Shown here piece by piece: positions 38,806 through 52,807 of a DNA stretch of 64,000 nt. The stretch is taken from NCBI GenBank assembly GCA_965153285.1, contig OZ229110.1, one strand, 5' to 3'. The position numbers were made by a program, and so were the translations under genes. The stretch's first letter is position 1. Every line of letters starts with the position of its first letter. The stretch comes from Podarcis tiliguerta. Its lineage: Eukaryota. The notes under the pieces were generated by a model, which had not been told where the DNA came from, searched no databases, and saw nothing but the letters and a program-made list of their open reading frames with translations.

Positions 38806-39057
38806 TCAGGTACATAGCCGTGTTGGTCTGACACAGACGAAATAAATAAATAATATAACATTGTCCAGTAGCACCTTAGAGACCAACTAAGTTTGTTTTG
38901 GGTATAAGCTTTTGTGTGCATGCACACTTCTTCAGATAACGTCTGAAGACACCATTTATCTGAAGAAGTGTGCATGCACATGAACGCTTATACCCAGAAC
39001 AAACTTAGCTGGTCTCTAAGGTGCTACTGGACAATTTTTTAAATTTATTTATTTATT
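38806..39057. mobile_element. Penelope-like element remnant: inverted pLTR palindrome with hammerhead-like cores
   Basis: About 100-bp inverted arms (38840-38939 / 38956-39058); 12-bp flanking direct repeat tggtctcctaat at 38794-38805 and 39058-39069. Confidence 0.8.
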
Positions 39058-42000
39058 TGGTCTCCTAATGAGAGACATGGAATTTTTATGGAAAACTGAA
39101 ACATCCCCCCACCGCATCTGAATTGGTGCTGCACTGAATTCCTAAGCAAGCAGAGCTAAGCTGGGTCTAGTCCACCCAGATCTTGGTAACGGCCAATGAC
39201 TAGCAATCCCTGCCTTTCCATAAAGCTCAAGCAAATGAAAACAACCACCAAAAATGCAGGTTTTAACAACTGAGAAATCATTCATCATATCAAAATGCAC
39301 GTTGAGGTGCTCTCCCTTCATTGTGGAATCTTCCCAACTGAAGAGTGTTCAGCAAATCAAGCATGACATTACAGAATAACTGTCCAATGAGAATATAAAA
39401 TAAAACTTTTTTAAAAAATGTAATTTCCCTTCCCTTTCCAGTAAAAATGTCTAAATAGAAACTGGTTAGCAAACATTAGATCTATCTGTTTTTCAACACT
39501 GAGCACATAAATGACAGCCTACTCTTAAAGCTGGGTCTATTAATAATATAGCCTCTTTGGGGTTCTACCTCTGTGTCAAGAATACTATTTTTCCTTATGC
39601 TTGTTTATAATGATGAGGTGCTGCTGGTCCCCCCTTACACAAAAATGAAAAACAAAACAAAACACGAGAAACACAGAACTGAAGCAATCCATAATACAAT
39701 CAGAGTTTTTTTAAGCGTTGCACACACTGGATAAATATAGCCAACCAATTTACCACAGGGAAAATGTGGACAAATTCTCCACTTCTTAAATGTGTGAACT
39801 GCAACAATACAAACGACCATAACTGGTTTTGTAATGTTCTGTGGTTGCTGTGCTCAACCACTAGTGATTGACTCATTCTTGGGTTGAGTACACACCATAC
39901 ATTTAAAGTACATGACTTCCACTCAAGAATTCTGGGAACCATAGTTTACCCCCCACAGAACTCCAATTCCCATAACCCTTAGAGCTTCCAAATTTCTGGG
40001 GGGAGGTTGTGTGCTTGCAGCAAGTGAAGATATTGGTTCTACCTATTCATTCATCTATTACTACAGGGTTATTGTTTTTCTATCACTAGCCTCCCCCCCC
40101 CCTTACTGGAGCAGAGTTTATTCTGTTCCACCAAATTTTAAAAAGTGAGCTCAGAGCTAATTGTCTTTGTGCTAGTTTATCAGCCAATTAATGCATGTAT
40201 TTATTTATATTACACTTTGCACAGATTTGTGTTCACACTAGTTAATGTTTTCTAAAAGATCACTGCCCTGTTTTGTGTTTAAACTGTTTATCCAGTGTCT
40301 ACAACCCAAACAGAATACCGAGGACCCCAAACGTTCACTTTAACAAATTAAAATAACAATTGTGTATACACGAACACATACCTCTTCATCACAAAACAGT
40401 AACAACCATGACTTCAGAGATATCAGAGTATAATTTATTGTAAAGGAAATGAACTACTACAAAAACATGAGGGGGGTTAGAACCCCAAATGCCTAACAAA
40501 AATATCAAGTATTTAAGAATTTCATAAAACACAGAGCCAACCACTGGAATTGTGAATTTTGAAAACCATTAGGGAAAAGCAGAGGAAATAAATAGTACCT
40601 TCAAAGGAAGCTCTGGCAACGAAACTTTAAAGTGCAGAAGAACACCTTCCTCACTAACATCATTAGGTACAGATATTTATCCATCAACATGGAAAATGTT
40701 TCCAAAGAATGAAATTTGGAGAATGTACTACTAAGCAAACATGTGTGTCTTTGAAGGCATGGATGGACTGGAGGGAAAATAAGAAGGTTTCACAGTGACT
40801 TGCCTAAGACAAGGTTAGAGATCCTATATTTGCATAGGAATTTGAATTAATACTTCTGTCTACCCACAAGGGTGTCTAAAGGACCACCCTGAGTTAATAA
40901 AGAATGGACAGAAATGCTAGGGAAAACAGCAAGTTTAATATTAAAGCACCTCATGGCACCTCATGAAAATAAATTTAGAAGTTGCCATGGGTGTGATTTC
41001 TGTTCTGAGCCCATGTCCCATGCATAAGTGACATTGGTTTAAAAAAAGCATCATACATGAAGTGTCCCTAGATTATTATTCTCTCCTCCACTCACAACCG
41101 CCAAATAAACACACCATTAAAATGTCCCTAGCCTCGCAGACGGTGCTGACTGAGCTTGCTTTTTTGTTGATGAGCAAGTTGTTTAGAAAGACATATTCTT
41201 AGCCTATATTAGAAATTCATTTTGAGGCACAAAGGCAGCTGAGTCAGTCAGCATTTAGTGGTGCATTTCAGAGGTTCTTTGTCATGGAGACCAGGCATTA
41301 ATATTCCCTGAAATACTGCTGAATGCACAGTCATATACAGAGGATGGAAAGTTGTATAAAATCTTGTAAACACATCTGTCAGATGGATAGTCTCCTGAAT
41401 GATTACATTTTTTAAAATTACATCTCGTTCTTAAAGAGAAGTAGTGAACAGGCTTTTTTATGTAAAAGAATACACTAGGCACTGCACTGGATATTTTTTA
41501 CCCAAAGCCACTCAACTTGCAGCAGCAGCACTTGCTCCCACATTTTATTTGCAGAGCAGCTTTCTTAGAACACCTTAAGCTGATAATAAAACAAACCCTC
41601 TGTGCAAGGCAAATAGGCCAGTCCACAAGTTACATTCACACACCAAAAAGGAACTGCTATTGATACCACAAATTTGCTTTCTGCACTGTTTACACTTTTG
41701 GGGGAGGGGGGGCCTGCCTGGTGCTTTAAATGTTACATTCCATGACAGAGAAGAACCAATAAAAATCATTCAAGTTTGGATTGTCTAGGGCTGCCATTCA
41801 TACAGAGAAAACATTGCTTTGATGCCCTGTTTGCATTCCATTTCTAATAACAAGGATGAAGGTCTCTGGTTTCTATGGTAACTCAGATGGGCCACAATAG
41901 AAGAGCCTTACAAATGTTCAAATGCTGAAATGCAAAATCAAATTAAGCAAGAGTTCACACTACTTTGTTGAAGCTAGAACACTAAAATTAAAAGCAGTAC

Positions 42001-43449
42001 TATGAGTATTGCTTTTGGACCATGATATCCAAATGATGACTATCCCGTATTTCTTAAAAAGCTAACAAATATGAATAGATGTTTCCTTTAAACTTGGAAA
42101 AACTTAGAAAAAAATATTTCTTACTTATAGTTTAATCCTATTCTCAAATTACTCCTGCTAGATGTGGATAGGATGGCTACAAAATCCCATTATTATTCAT
42201 TCATTCATTTTATATACTATATATGCTGACACAGTGCTAACATTACATTTATGTTATACTACTACTGTATACAGTTTAACTTTGGCTGCACATGACAGAG
42301 GGCTACATCATTCGGTCCTCGTGTCTAAAGAACTTGAGTAGTCAAGAAAAATTAGCCAGATGAGAACTCTGACAGCACTAACATCACCCACTTGTCTTCT
42401 CAGAACTCCTTTCCAACCTGCAAACGAAACCTCAGCACACCCAAACAGAAACCCCAACTCCACTGCTATAACTGGGCTTCAAGGACAAGGAATGCCCAGA
42501 CAACTAAGAACGTGTATGGATGGGTCAACAGAGAACACTCAAATGCCCATAACTGGAGACTGTGTCTTTCCTGTGAGAAGGAAAGTGGGTGGGCAATAAT
42601 CCTCCCTTACGCAATGGGTAGGAATAGCGTCCCATTCACAATGCATACCTGCAACTTCTGTAAGAGGGTCCTGATGGCCATGAACCACAACATACAGTAA
42701 GTTCCAACTATGTAACAGTGCAGGGAAGCACAAGATATATTTTATTGGCGAATGCCATCCATTCCAGGTAATCTATACCAGGGCACATGGAAAGCAGGGG
42801 AGGAAGAAACCAGACAGAATTCCAGTGCAACTCCCTACATTAGATAGGAGAGTATGGTCACAATAGGGGAGGCTTTGAACACAGACACAAGGGAAACTGG
42901 TGAGGAGCTAGGCTGAGACACAGAGAATGAAAAATTACCAAATTGCAGTATCTTCTCTCAAGAATGCACCCACCAACACCTAATGGATGCCTGTGACAAA
43001 GCGTTGTGACTAAAGTTCTTTTCAGTTGTGTTTCAGATTAATTAATTTGCTTTGGTTATTACTGTTTTATACTGCATTTTAATGTTTGTTTTCATTTGTG
43101 AGCTTGCCCAAATAACTCCTGCTATGGAGTGCCTATAAAAATGTAAGAAAAGAAATGAACAAACAAACATGAGTGGCAGCAGCTCACGACTCATTACCAT
43201 CACCATGTTCCTCTGGCCTCCATTCAATGGGCAATGAGACAAGGATCTTCCCCACTCCCAGTTTAATGCAGCTCATAAATGAGCCCTACAGCAAGTATCC
43301 AACGTGTAAGCCAGGTGCCCACTCTGGAGTTGCCATATTTTTGGAAGACAAGGTTATTAATGGCTACGAGTTACAGTGGTTATAAGCTACACTCCCAAAT
43401 TAGACGCAGCATTTCTCCAACTACCAGTTCCTGGGAAACAACAGTAGGA

Positions 43450-43577
43450 GAGCAATGTTTGCTGTCATGTCCTTATTAAGGGCTTCCTGGAAGCATCTGG
43501 TATGTCTCTGAAGGAAACAGAATGCTGGACTAGATAAGGTCTTTGGGTCTGATCTAGAAGGGATTCTTCTGTCCTGT
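43450..43577 (+). mobile_element. Old CR1-tailed retroposon 3' fragment
   Basis: gctggactagat...tctgatctagaaggga resembles squamate CR1/SINE 3' ends. Confidence 0.5.
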
Positions 43578-45826
43578 GGTTAGAGTGGTTGATGCCCATT
43601 GGAGTGAGAAGTATGGAGTCTATTACTGTTGCTTCTCCATTTTTATGTTTTGCTTTGTGCATGTTACATTTGCATGTCCCAGGGCAGCATTCAAACTGCT
43701 GTCTCTCAGGCAGATCATGGGATGGCTTCCTGTTGCCGTTTTAGCTTTCGTTCTTCCTTGTCCAAGTAACTCCTTCCTGTCTCTATTTCAAAAAGCTTGT
43801 TTCCTTCAAAAATATACCACTGCTTGTTTGTTGAATTCATAGTCCTTTGGTGGAGCTTAAATCATTATTCCAGAATATATCTTACCTATATATTATGTTC
43901 TATGTTAGTTTATTCAATGTATGCACTGCTTAACACAGCCAAAGGAAATCCCATAGTGATTTACACGCCAAGACATGAAATAAAACAGAAAATCCTTTAA
44001 ATAATACACACGCACACATATAAAACAACCACTTCACGCACTTAAGCACAAACACCAAAAAATAAGTGACCAAAAGCCTGATCATTAGTGCTGACCAAAT
44101 GTCCAGGAGAATAAAAACACCAGAAGAATGACAAAGTTGGTACCATGCAAGCTTCCCTGAGAGGAACCTACTTCAAAGGCACAGGCCATATTCTAACAAA
44201 CATGCACCCTAGCTGCTAGGTGGGCCCCGATGCCAAAAAACAAACATTAATGGATTAGTGCTAGAAGATTCCCTATGGTGCTCTGCACAGACTCAGAACC
44301 AATATGTGGGACTACACAGAGGCCATATGCAAACTAAGGGTTGGTTCACATATGCATATACAATTACTTGATTTCTCATCAGTCAATGGCCAACAACTGA
44401 ATATATGAACTTACTCAACTGATGAGCACTGTGCTTAAGATGATATTGATCAATGAGAAAGTTCAGTGGTGTTTCATTTATATTGAGTGATGATAACTTG
44501 CATGTGAGGAACATGCATATAAGAACTGGCCCATGTGCAATGCCAAAAGAATATAGAATGCAAAGTACTTTCAGAATGAAGTAGCAATTTAAATATATAA
44601 ATACATAAATATATAATATATATAAACAGACCTTTTGCTGCTACTTTCTGAATCAGATAGTTTGAGAGTTTTCACAGCCATTACTCAACTATCAAAAGTT
44701 AAATAAAATGCTCTTTAATCTATCACTTTAAAACTATATATGAGCAATGTGGTTTGCAAGTTTTCAGGTTATAATGCCTATGCCTAGTTGTATACCATTT
44801 CTCCACAATTTCTACATCAGTTAAACTTAAACATTTCCTTTTCCCAATTAAGGACAAACCAGAAACAGTCTGTAATATCCATAGCTACCTAGGATATTCT
44901 ATTACAATATCCTATATTGTAGCAATAGGTAGCTACGGAAGGCTTAGCTTCATTGTGATGGCAGCAAGAAAATACAGCTGAGCCTAGGGAAAAAGTAATA
45001 ATCTTCAATTGCAGATATTGTAAAATTTAAAATAGCAAGAAAGAGCATTAAGATCCTGGACAAATGTTTCATTAAAACCTCCAGATACTTGCCCTTCATA
45101 AATAATTCCTTTTTTGAGTATTGCCATTTACAACTATGCAAACTCCCTTACTACTTTTCAACTCACAATACTGTTTCAATCTTACAAGTGAATCATTATA
45201 TAAATGTGTACACCATAAGAAAAAAATGCTTTGATATGGTAAATTTCAGCTGTAAAAGATACTTGTAGAAACTATTTCCAGGATCTACTTCAAAGACAGC
45301 AAATAATTTACTTCTGACTCACAAAGAACGCAGGAATAGAAAATTCAAGGGACACTATCAAATAGTTTGAAATGCAAAATTGTACTTCACAGGATATGCC
45401 TTGATTTCCTAATGTATAATATTAAATCTATAAATAATAATCTGTATTATTCAACAAGCAGGGGATAAGGTGCTATGATAGTTTAGGACCAAAATAAACA
45501 AAAAAAGAGCACCATTCTGCTAGTAGCAGTATCAAGGATCACAGAAGAATATGACTGCTGAAGTTTGAGTATCTTATGGTTGAGGCAGAAAAAACATTTA
45601 AAGGGAAGATGGCAAATATATGCTTTTGATGTAACCCTCAATTAATAATATATGTTCACTGACAACAGAAGGGCTGAAAATCGTAAGTTTAATATGTGTT
45701 CATGTGCCAGTGTATTTCCCACAATATTTACTAAATTTCATATTATATGAAGTCTTTCATTATTGACATTCACATGTCTAGCAAGTATCCCACTGTAAGA
45801 ACAACCCTGAATACATTCCTTTGGAG

Positions 45827-46192
45827 CAGGAGTGGGGAACTGGATCTGGCGGGAGGGTCAGGTCCTTATCTCCACATACGCCCACAGGCCAAGTGTGATG
45901 ACAGTTGACCCACCCCCTTATCAATTGCCTAATGGTGTCAGGTGATCCATGTTTGCCCACACAGTTTGAAATCAAGCCAAAAGTGGGTGGGAATGCATGC
46001 AGTGGTTCCCAAGCGCTGATAGTCGGTGCCTGGGCAGCGCTTCTGCAAGGAGCTTTGAAAGCACCACCTGATTGCGGTGCCTGCAAAGCGCCTTTCATTC
46101 AAACCCTACCTTTACATGCCACACACCTAGCATCATTCGAGGAGACCTAGTGTGTCCAATCAGGAATATGAGGCACCAGTTCCCCAGCTCTA
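45827..46192. mobile_element. hAT (Charlie-like) MITE, 366 bp
   Basis: TIR core TGGGGAACTGG at both ends; perfect 8-bp TSD ctttggag (45819-45826, 46193-46200). Confidence 0.8.
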
Positions 46193-47739
46193 CTTTGGAG
46201 GCTTGCAGCAAAATGCTCATCCAGGATGAATAGCCATTTCTTCTGGGCAAGTGCCAGCTTGCTCAAGCTGCTGTTGTGATGGGATGCTGAAGTGTCACTA
46301 GCAAGGTTTCTGATTTATCTGCAACACTATACTGTAGTAATAGCAATATAAAAGTATATCCAGGTTCCCCAGAGGTGGGAGCTATCAGCTGTGTAAAACA
46401 GTTTTGGTGTACGAAAGCAAACCCAGCCACAACTTTTACTGAAATGACTTGGGTACATTTTCAAGTAAGGGCATGCACAGTGTGTTAATGTGTTTAATAG
46501 CACAATGAGCTGCTTTGCTGAAACAGCTTCTAAAATCTGGAGGTTCTGCCTCTGACAGCACTTGGAAAAATCCACACCACCCTGACACAACCACCAGACT
46601 TGACACAACAGATGTTTGAGGGCACAGGCAACCTTGAACCTGCCGAATAAGCATGTAGCTGCACTCAGGAAGTAGCTGGAGTAAGGGGAGTTGCAGGGCT
46701 TTTCAATGACAAGTGGAGCAGAGCTGAATGTGTGTCAACTGAATGGCACTTTTAACTGCAGCAGCACAAGCCTGTGTGAACTGCTGCAACTGAAGCAGTC
46801 CCTTGTGATCAGGCTGCCCAACAAATCAATCCTGAAGTTGCTACCCTTAAAAGCGCCAGGACAGAAATAATCAAACACTTTGTTCAAAATTAAGCTCAAC
46901 CTTCCCCCACGCCTCCAAAATCCCTCTTTGACATTCTGCCCTTTATCAATGAATGGAAATCCATCTTTCTAACAAAAATGTACAGATAGCTAGTTAATTA
47001 AAAATATCAACAGCACGAATCAGGATTCTCAGCTGTTCCATGAGCAATACTACACCAAACACAGCAAACTTAATTTTCAGGCTAGAAATAATTTTAACTT
47101 GGCAAATGTTTACCAGCTCAGTTTGATCAGCTTGGAGAGAAGCCCACTTCCATTAACTACATTATAGTTTGGTCTGGTGAATTCAAGTAAAAAAAAAACC
47201 CTTAAAGTTCTTCATACTGGGCTTTCCCATGAATAATATTTTAATGTATATGGATGAATAAGAATCCTTATAATTGAAAGACCACTCTTCACCTCTCTTT
47301 GGAAAAAGAACAAATACTTATGGAGACTGCTTATATGTATTTGTGTGTGGGTGATAAAAGGTGAAGTTACAGATTTTAAGAATTATGATTCAACTTTTTT
47401 TGCACTATAGCCAAGTCGTCACCCAGTAAGGACAGAGGAAATAACAGAACCACTTTTTGAAGTCACTGCCATCAGACAGCTTTATTTTTATCAGTAAAAA
47501 TCAGGTTAGTAGGACCATTTTATATTCTGCTTTAAAATATAAATATCTATTAGTGAACGAGCAATATGCTACCAGATTCACAATCTGGGCAGATTTAAAC
47601 ACTTCTTTCATAGGTTCTGTGATACTGCAGATATATGGAATGCTTTTCTTGGATCTGTGACCTCAAAATGAATTCAAGATTAATTTCCATAAGTTGTTGT
47701 CAACCTAAGCAGAAAGCATTGCAGCATCAATTGCCGAGA

Positions 47740-47756
47740 TTGCCATCTAGTGGGGC
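47740..47756 (-). promoter_or_regulatory. Candidate CTCF binding site
   Basis: GCCCCACTAGATGGCAA matches the CCASYAGRKGGCR core. Confidence 0.5.
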
Positions 47757-49553
47757 TCTTAAGGTTTTCAATTAAATCAGGTTTATTACTGAACCACCTG
47801 AATGAAAACATTTGATAAAATCAAATACCCCTTATCATATACACCACTGAAAATTATTCAACATGGTCATTAAGAATAAAGAAATCTTTCATTAAAACAA
47901 AAAACAAAAACTTTCATAAAAGGTTAGTATAATCATATTTATCTATGACATATGGACTGCAAAGATTAGCAGCAACAAATCAGGCACTTTTACAAACAGT
48001 ATATTTCATGGTAAAGGTGACTGTGCACTTGTGTATATTTATGGATGGAGAGAGAAAAGAAAAATGAACACACACATTACACCTTTCAAACAACATTTAG
48101 CTTTAGCTGACCATACTAAAGCTAGTTTTAACTACCATCCTTTAAAATTTGACCATGTTTAAATAACTCCCAGCTGTACCAGTAATTACATTTTATTAAA
48201 TACTTAAGGTTCAGAAGACTGAGAATGTGAAAGATGTGCATAATTATGTGTGTGAGCCCATGTGGAAGCATACACACACCAACATCATTAGAAATACTAA
48301 ACATGCTGATGAAAAAGCAGATATAAAAACAACACTAGGTGCCATTTCTATAGTTCTAAACCTTTCAATGTTTTTCTGACTACAAAGTGATGAATATGTT
48401 TCAGTTTTAAGATATAGTGAGTTTTGCAGCAATTTTGGAGTTTGAAATGTATTTTTAGCAACGCAACGGCACAAAAGGCCAGTTCATACAAACTATGTGT
48501 CATTTAATGTTTGATAACTAACACATTTGGCTGCATGACGTATTTTGTAGAGATTTTTGTGTTTTTGCCCTAAATAAAATTCACTTGGCTGCCATGTCAA
48601 CCTAGGTATCTAAAGAAACTATTAGACCTGATAATAGCTCACCCTCAAAATGTAATAAAAATAATTATTAATGTGGCTGCAACAGCATGTTTACAATGGT
48701 AAGAGTTGGTTGCTGCTACCTTGGTTTGCAACTCTTGGCTTTAAGGTACAGATTTAGATTCAGAAGGTCAACACAGGCTCAAGCAAACAACACCCACCTC
48801 AAACAACCTCAAAACCTATGCCAATGACTAATTAATGGGTGTTTCAAGAGCTGGAAATAAGAACAAAGGGTCCCCCCTTCCCAAGTAATCAGTTTACACT
48901 CTCTCCACAGAGCAGCAGCTGGGTACGTTGGCATTAGCACAGAAGTTAGAACCAGAAGTTTGCCCTGGTGAGTTTTGGAAAAATGAACACAACTTGGTGT
49001 GGCAGTTTCAGGTAGTTGCAACCCTAATGTAGCTCCTTTGAAAAGACATGAAAATACACAATGCAGGCAGATCCCATTCTAATTCAAGCATTAATAGAGC
49101 AATATGGGACCTGCTTCTCTATGGCCAAGCACGCACCACAGTGATCCAACATCTGTAGAGGAACCACATGAGGCTGGCAAATGATGTGTTCCTTCCCCCA
49201 ATACCACCATCACTGGCCTCTAAAAGAACAAAAATGTGAGGTCTGTAAGTCTATTCCCAATCTATTTCATGAAGGCAGTACCCCACTTGAAGAAAATGAA
49301 ATAGAAAGGGGGGGGGGCAAGGCCATGCTCTCTGTTAAGTTGTGGGTGAACATATCAGATGACACAGCGATTCTTCAAACAGCTCTTGTTTATTCACAGG
49401 CCAGAACTGAACTGAACTGCAGGGTTCAGCCAGCCTGCTTATATAGAGCTCCACTAGAACGCAACAGTAACCATCTTCTGAAACTATCCAATCACTGAAC
49501 GTCACTTTCAATCCAGTATCCCCCTGCTGGCCCAGGGTGAGAACTTCAGTACC

Positions 49554-49554
<1 letters not shown>

Positions 49555-49584
<30 letters not shown>

Positions 49585-49827
49585 AAGAAGAGATTGGATT
49601 TGATATCCCGTCTTTCACTCCCTTTAAGGAGTCTCAAAGCAGCTAACATTCTCCTTTCCCTTCCTCCCCCACAACAAACACTCTGTGAGGTGAGTGGGGC
49701 TGAGAGACTTCAAAGAAGTGTGACTAGCCCAAGGTCACCCAGCAGCTGCATGTGGAGGAGCAGAGACGCGAACCCGGTTCCCCAGATTACGAGACTACAG
49801 CTCTTAACCACTACACCACAGTGGCTC
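49555..49827 (-). mobile_element. tRNA-derived SINE (Squam3-like) with a (CTT)12 tail
   Basis: A-box tggtgtagtggtt and B-box-like ggttcgcgtct on the minus strand; (AAG)12 at 49555-49590. Confidence 0.8.
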
Positions 49828-50039
49828 ATAACATTCTCAAACACTGTATTGCCACAAGCTGTTTTTAGGAGGTGGCACAGAGGTCAGCTGCAGAAAAGTA
49901 CAATGCTTGGGCAAGATAAAATTGGGGGTCAGGGATTGCAACAATCAACACTGTAATAGAAGCGGGAGTAAAGTATAAATAAGAAAATGTCAATAGGAAT
50001 GCATTAGAAAATACTGTATAGCCACAACTAACAAGGAAA

Positions 50040-50270
50040 GCCAGGCTAGTGCAGCAGTTAATAGTGCTGGACTGCGGCTGGGGAAATCCAGGTTCAAATT
50101 CCCACTCAGCCATTTAGCTCACTATGTGACCTTGGACCATCCACTCTCTGGGCCTAACCTATCTCTCAGGGTGGTTATTACGCTAAAATGTGAAGTGAGA
50201 AGTAAGGAGAACTTGCAAGCTGTTCTGAGCATCTTGGAGATGAACAGGTTAAAAATGCAATATCTGTATT
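50040..50270 (+). mobile_element. Older tRNA-derived CORE-type SINE
   Basis: B-box ggttcaaattc followed by tgtgaccttgg and ctcagggtggtt. Confidence 0.6.
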
Positions 50271-52036
50271 TATACTTTTTTATATATCATTGGTGTGACT
50301 CATTCTCTTATCTCAGTGGGTTGGGTGATGGTTCTAAAACTTACGTTAAACTAGTTCTCGAACAAAACTCATGAAGCCAGGCGACAAAAGGCGACAACTT
50401 TAGGAATATGCACAAGCAACTGATGCTTTCTACAGCATTCATAATACAAAACTGCTTTCCTTCAATTCTATTCTATACAGTTCCCTAGTTACAAATCACT
50501 TCCTACTTTAAAGAAAACTGTTGATGTAACCTTAAGTGGGTCTGAGTGGTAGCACAGTTAAAGTTTCCCTTGCAGAATCAGCATGTCTTTAATGGCTGAG
50601 ATTAAAACTTTAATAGGACATTTTCATTGCTGAAGGCTCTCTAAAATACACAGTGCATTGAAAGTTAGGAACTGCAAAAGTTGGGACAAGGAACAGATTT
50701 TTATTGTAACTTTGCTGAATACAGAAAGAGATCACTTAAACGGCTTATGGAGCAGAGATGTCTGTTTGCATGCACTTTTTGATAAGCTTGTCATTTCAGC
50801 TAAATAAGTTACAGGAAATTCAAATCAGCTGTTAGTTATTCAAGAACATGTGTGATTAAATCAGGTAAGTAAATATGTAAAATAGGCAACACTTATAATT
50901 TATACAGCATTTCAAAAAGCAAACTGAATTGTAATCCCTGCCATTGAAGAAAGGAAATGATTTAGCATGTACTGAACTGACTAAATCGCTCTCCAGTATA
51001 AATGGCCACTTATTTTAGATTCAGCTTTTAACAAGTAAGTGGCCATTGAAGTAAGTAAACACTTATTGGCAATATGAATAGCAGACATGCTGACATGCAA
51101 ATCTTGTGTTAACAGTCTGCCAGCAGTAAAACAGGGGCATGATTTGTCACAGCCTCACCACTACTGCATACTAGGCACATCTTATTCCAAACACCCATGG
51201 GGAGGGGAGCTGCTCAGACTGAATGTGCAATTTAGATAGAACATAGCAATTGTGAGAAAAATGTAGGCAGTTGCCTGGGAGTACCTGTGACACCAGTAGG
51301 TAAACAGTACCTCCCCCCCCCCCATGACTGCCTTGTTTTGTGACCTTTGAAAATTGCTTAATTTTTTGGTACCAAGTCAAGCTGCTCACACACTGCACAA
51401 CTGCAGTATAAAACTCCTTTAAAAATGTGGCAGACATCAGCAAGGACATGACACTTCATCTGCAACAATGCCTTGCTATTAGATGAATGGACAGCTTTCT
51501 TCTAAAATATTAGCTTTGAGACTTTCTAGGGATATTTTTTTTAAAAGGTGAATAAATAGTTACTTGAATATCACTTCCCCACCTCTTTTTTTTTTTTAAA
51601 AAAAACAACTCATCCTGTAAAAAAAAACCCCATAACTACCTGAGGGTAGTTATGCAGTAAGAAAGTACTGCATAACTACCCTCAGAAAGGCTAAAATGCA
51701 ACTGCCAATGATAAATTACCTCGGTAAATCCCAAGAAACTGACCATGTGTGTATAAGTGCAACTTGGAGTTTGTATGAATTATTGATTTTTAAAATGTGG
51801 GAAAGTGATCACAACATTACTTTTGAATTACTGAAGTTTTTATACTGCAACACCAATGCTTATTCATGCTAATGCCTCCTCTAAAGGATTCTTGAACTGC
51901 TGAATCTAATGCTAAACCCTCTTTAGCATGGACTCTGAAAACCAGGCACAAGTTCTCATTTTGTAATTTGTTGTGAACTATGTTGTGAACTGTGATCTAT
52001 GGATAAAGGGAGGTATACTAACTAACTAAACTAACT

Positions 52037-52073
52037 ACTACATACATACATACATACATACATACATACATAC
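52037..52073. repeat. (TACA)n microsatellite
   Basis: Direct observation. Confidence 0.9.
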
Positions 52074-52607
52074 TCTGTGTCAGCAGTCAAGGCAGTAATC
52101 TAGTAATCTAGAAAATCTGGTTTCCAGCTGCCATCCAAACATTGTTTGGAAATGGAAGAGTCATCAGAAGATACCTTCTGTTCAAGGTATGTTTTGGCCT
52201 GCTAGAATCTGCTGAAGAGAGGGTCAGGCATCATCTCAAAAAGGAAATTTGATGCGGCAAATATTAATGAATAGCAGGTCATAGCTCTCCAGCCTTCCAC
52301 ACACCGAGCTAAGGCCAATGTTCTAACGGTTCCATGAAACATTTTTGCATGGTGGATAAAACTTAGCAAAAACAAAGTAGAGTGAACACTTTCATACACC
52401 AAACAACAACATTGTTGAGCATGGAAACAATAGTAATCATCATCATCATCATCATCATAATGATACAATAAACACTTTAAATACTGTACTTGCAATTCTA
52501 GTCACCAGACACCTTAGATATTTAAGCAACATTCTTTCATATATTTTCCAAAACAAGATCATTGACCAGATTTCAAATGCGCAAGACTGGTGTAACACAA
52601 GTTGAAA

Positions 52608-52807
52608 NNNNNNNNNNNNNNNNNNNNNNNNNNNNNNNNNNNNNNNNNNNNNNNNNNNNNNNNNNNNNNNNNNNNNNNNNNNNNNNNNNNNNNNNNNNNN
52701 NNNNNNNNNNNNNNNNNNNNNNNNNNNNNNNNNNNNNNNNNNNNNNNNNNNNNNNNNNNNNNNNNNNNNNNNNNNNNNNNNNNNNNNNNNNNNNNNNNNN
52801 NNNNNNN
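52608..52807. other. Assembly gap (N run)
   Basis: Ns. Confidence 1.

Noticed and set aside
49537-49956. 139-aa ORF with poly-Lys
   Set aside because: Antisense reading of a SINE and its (CTT)n tail
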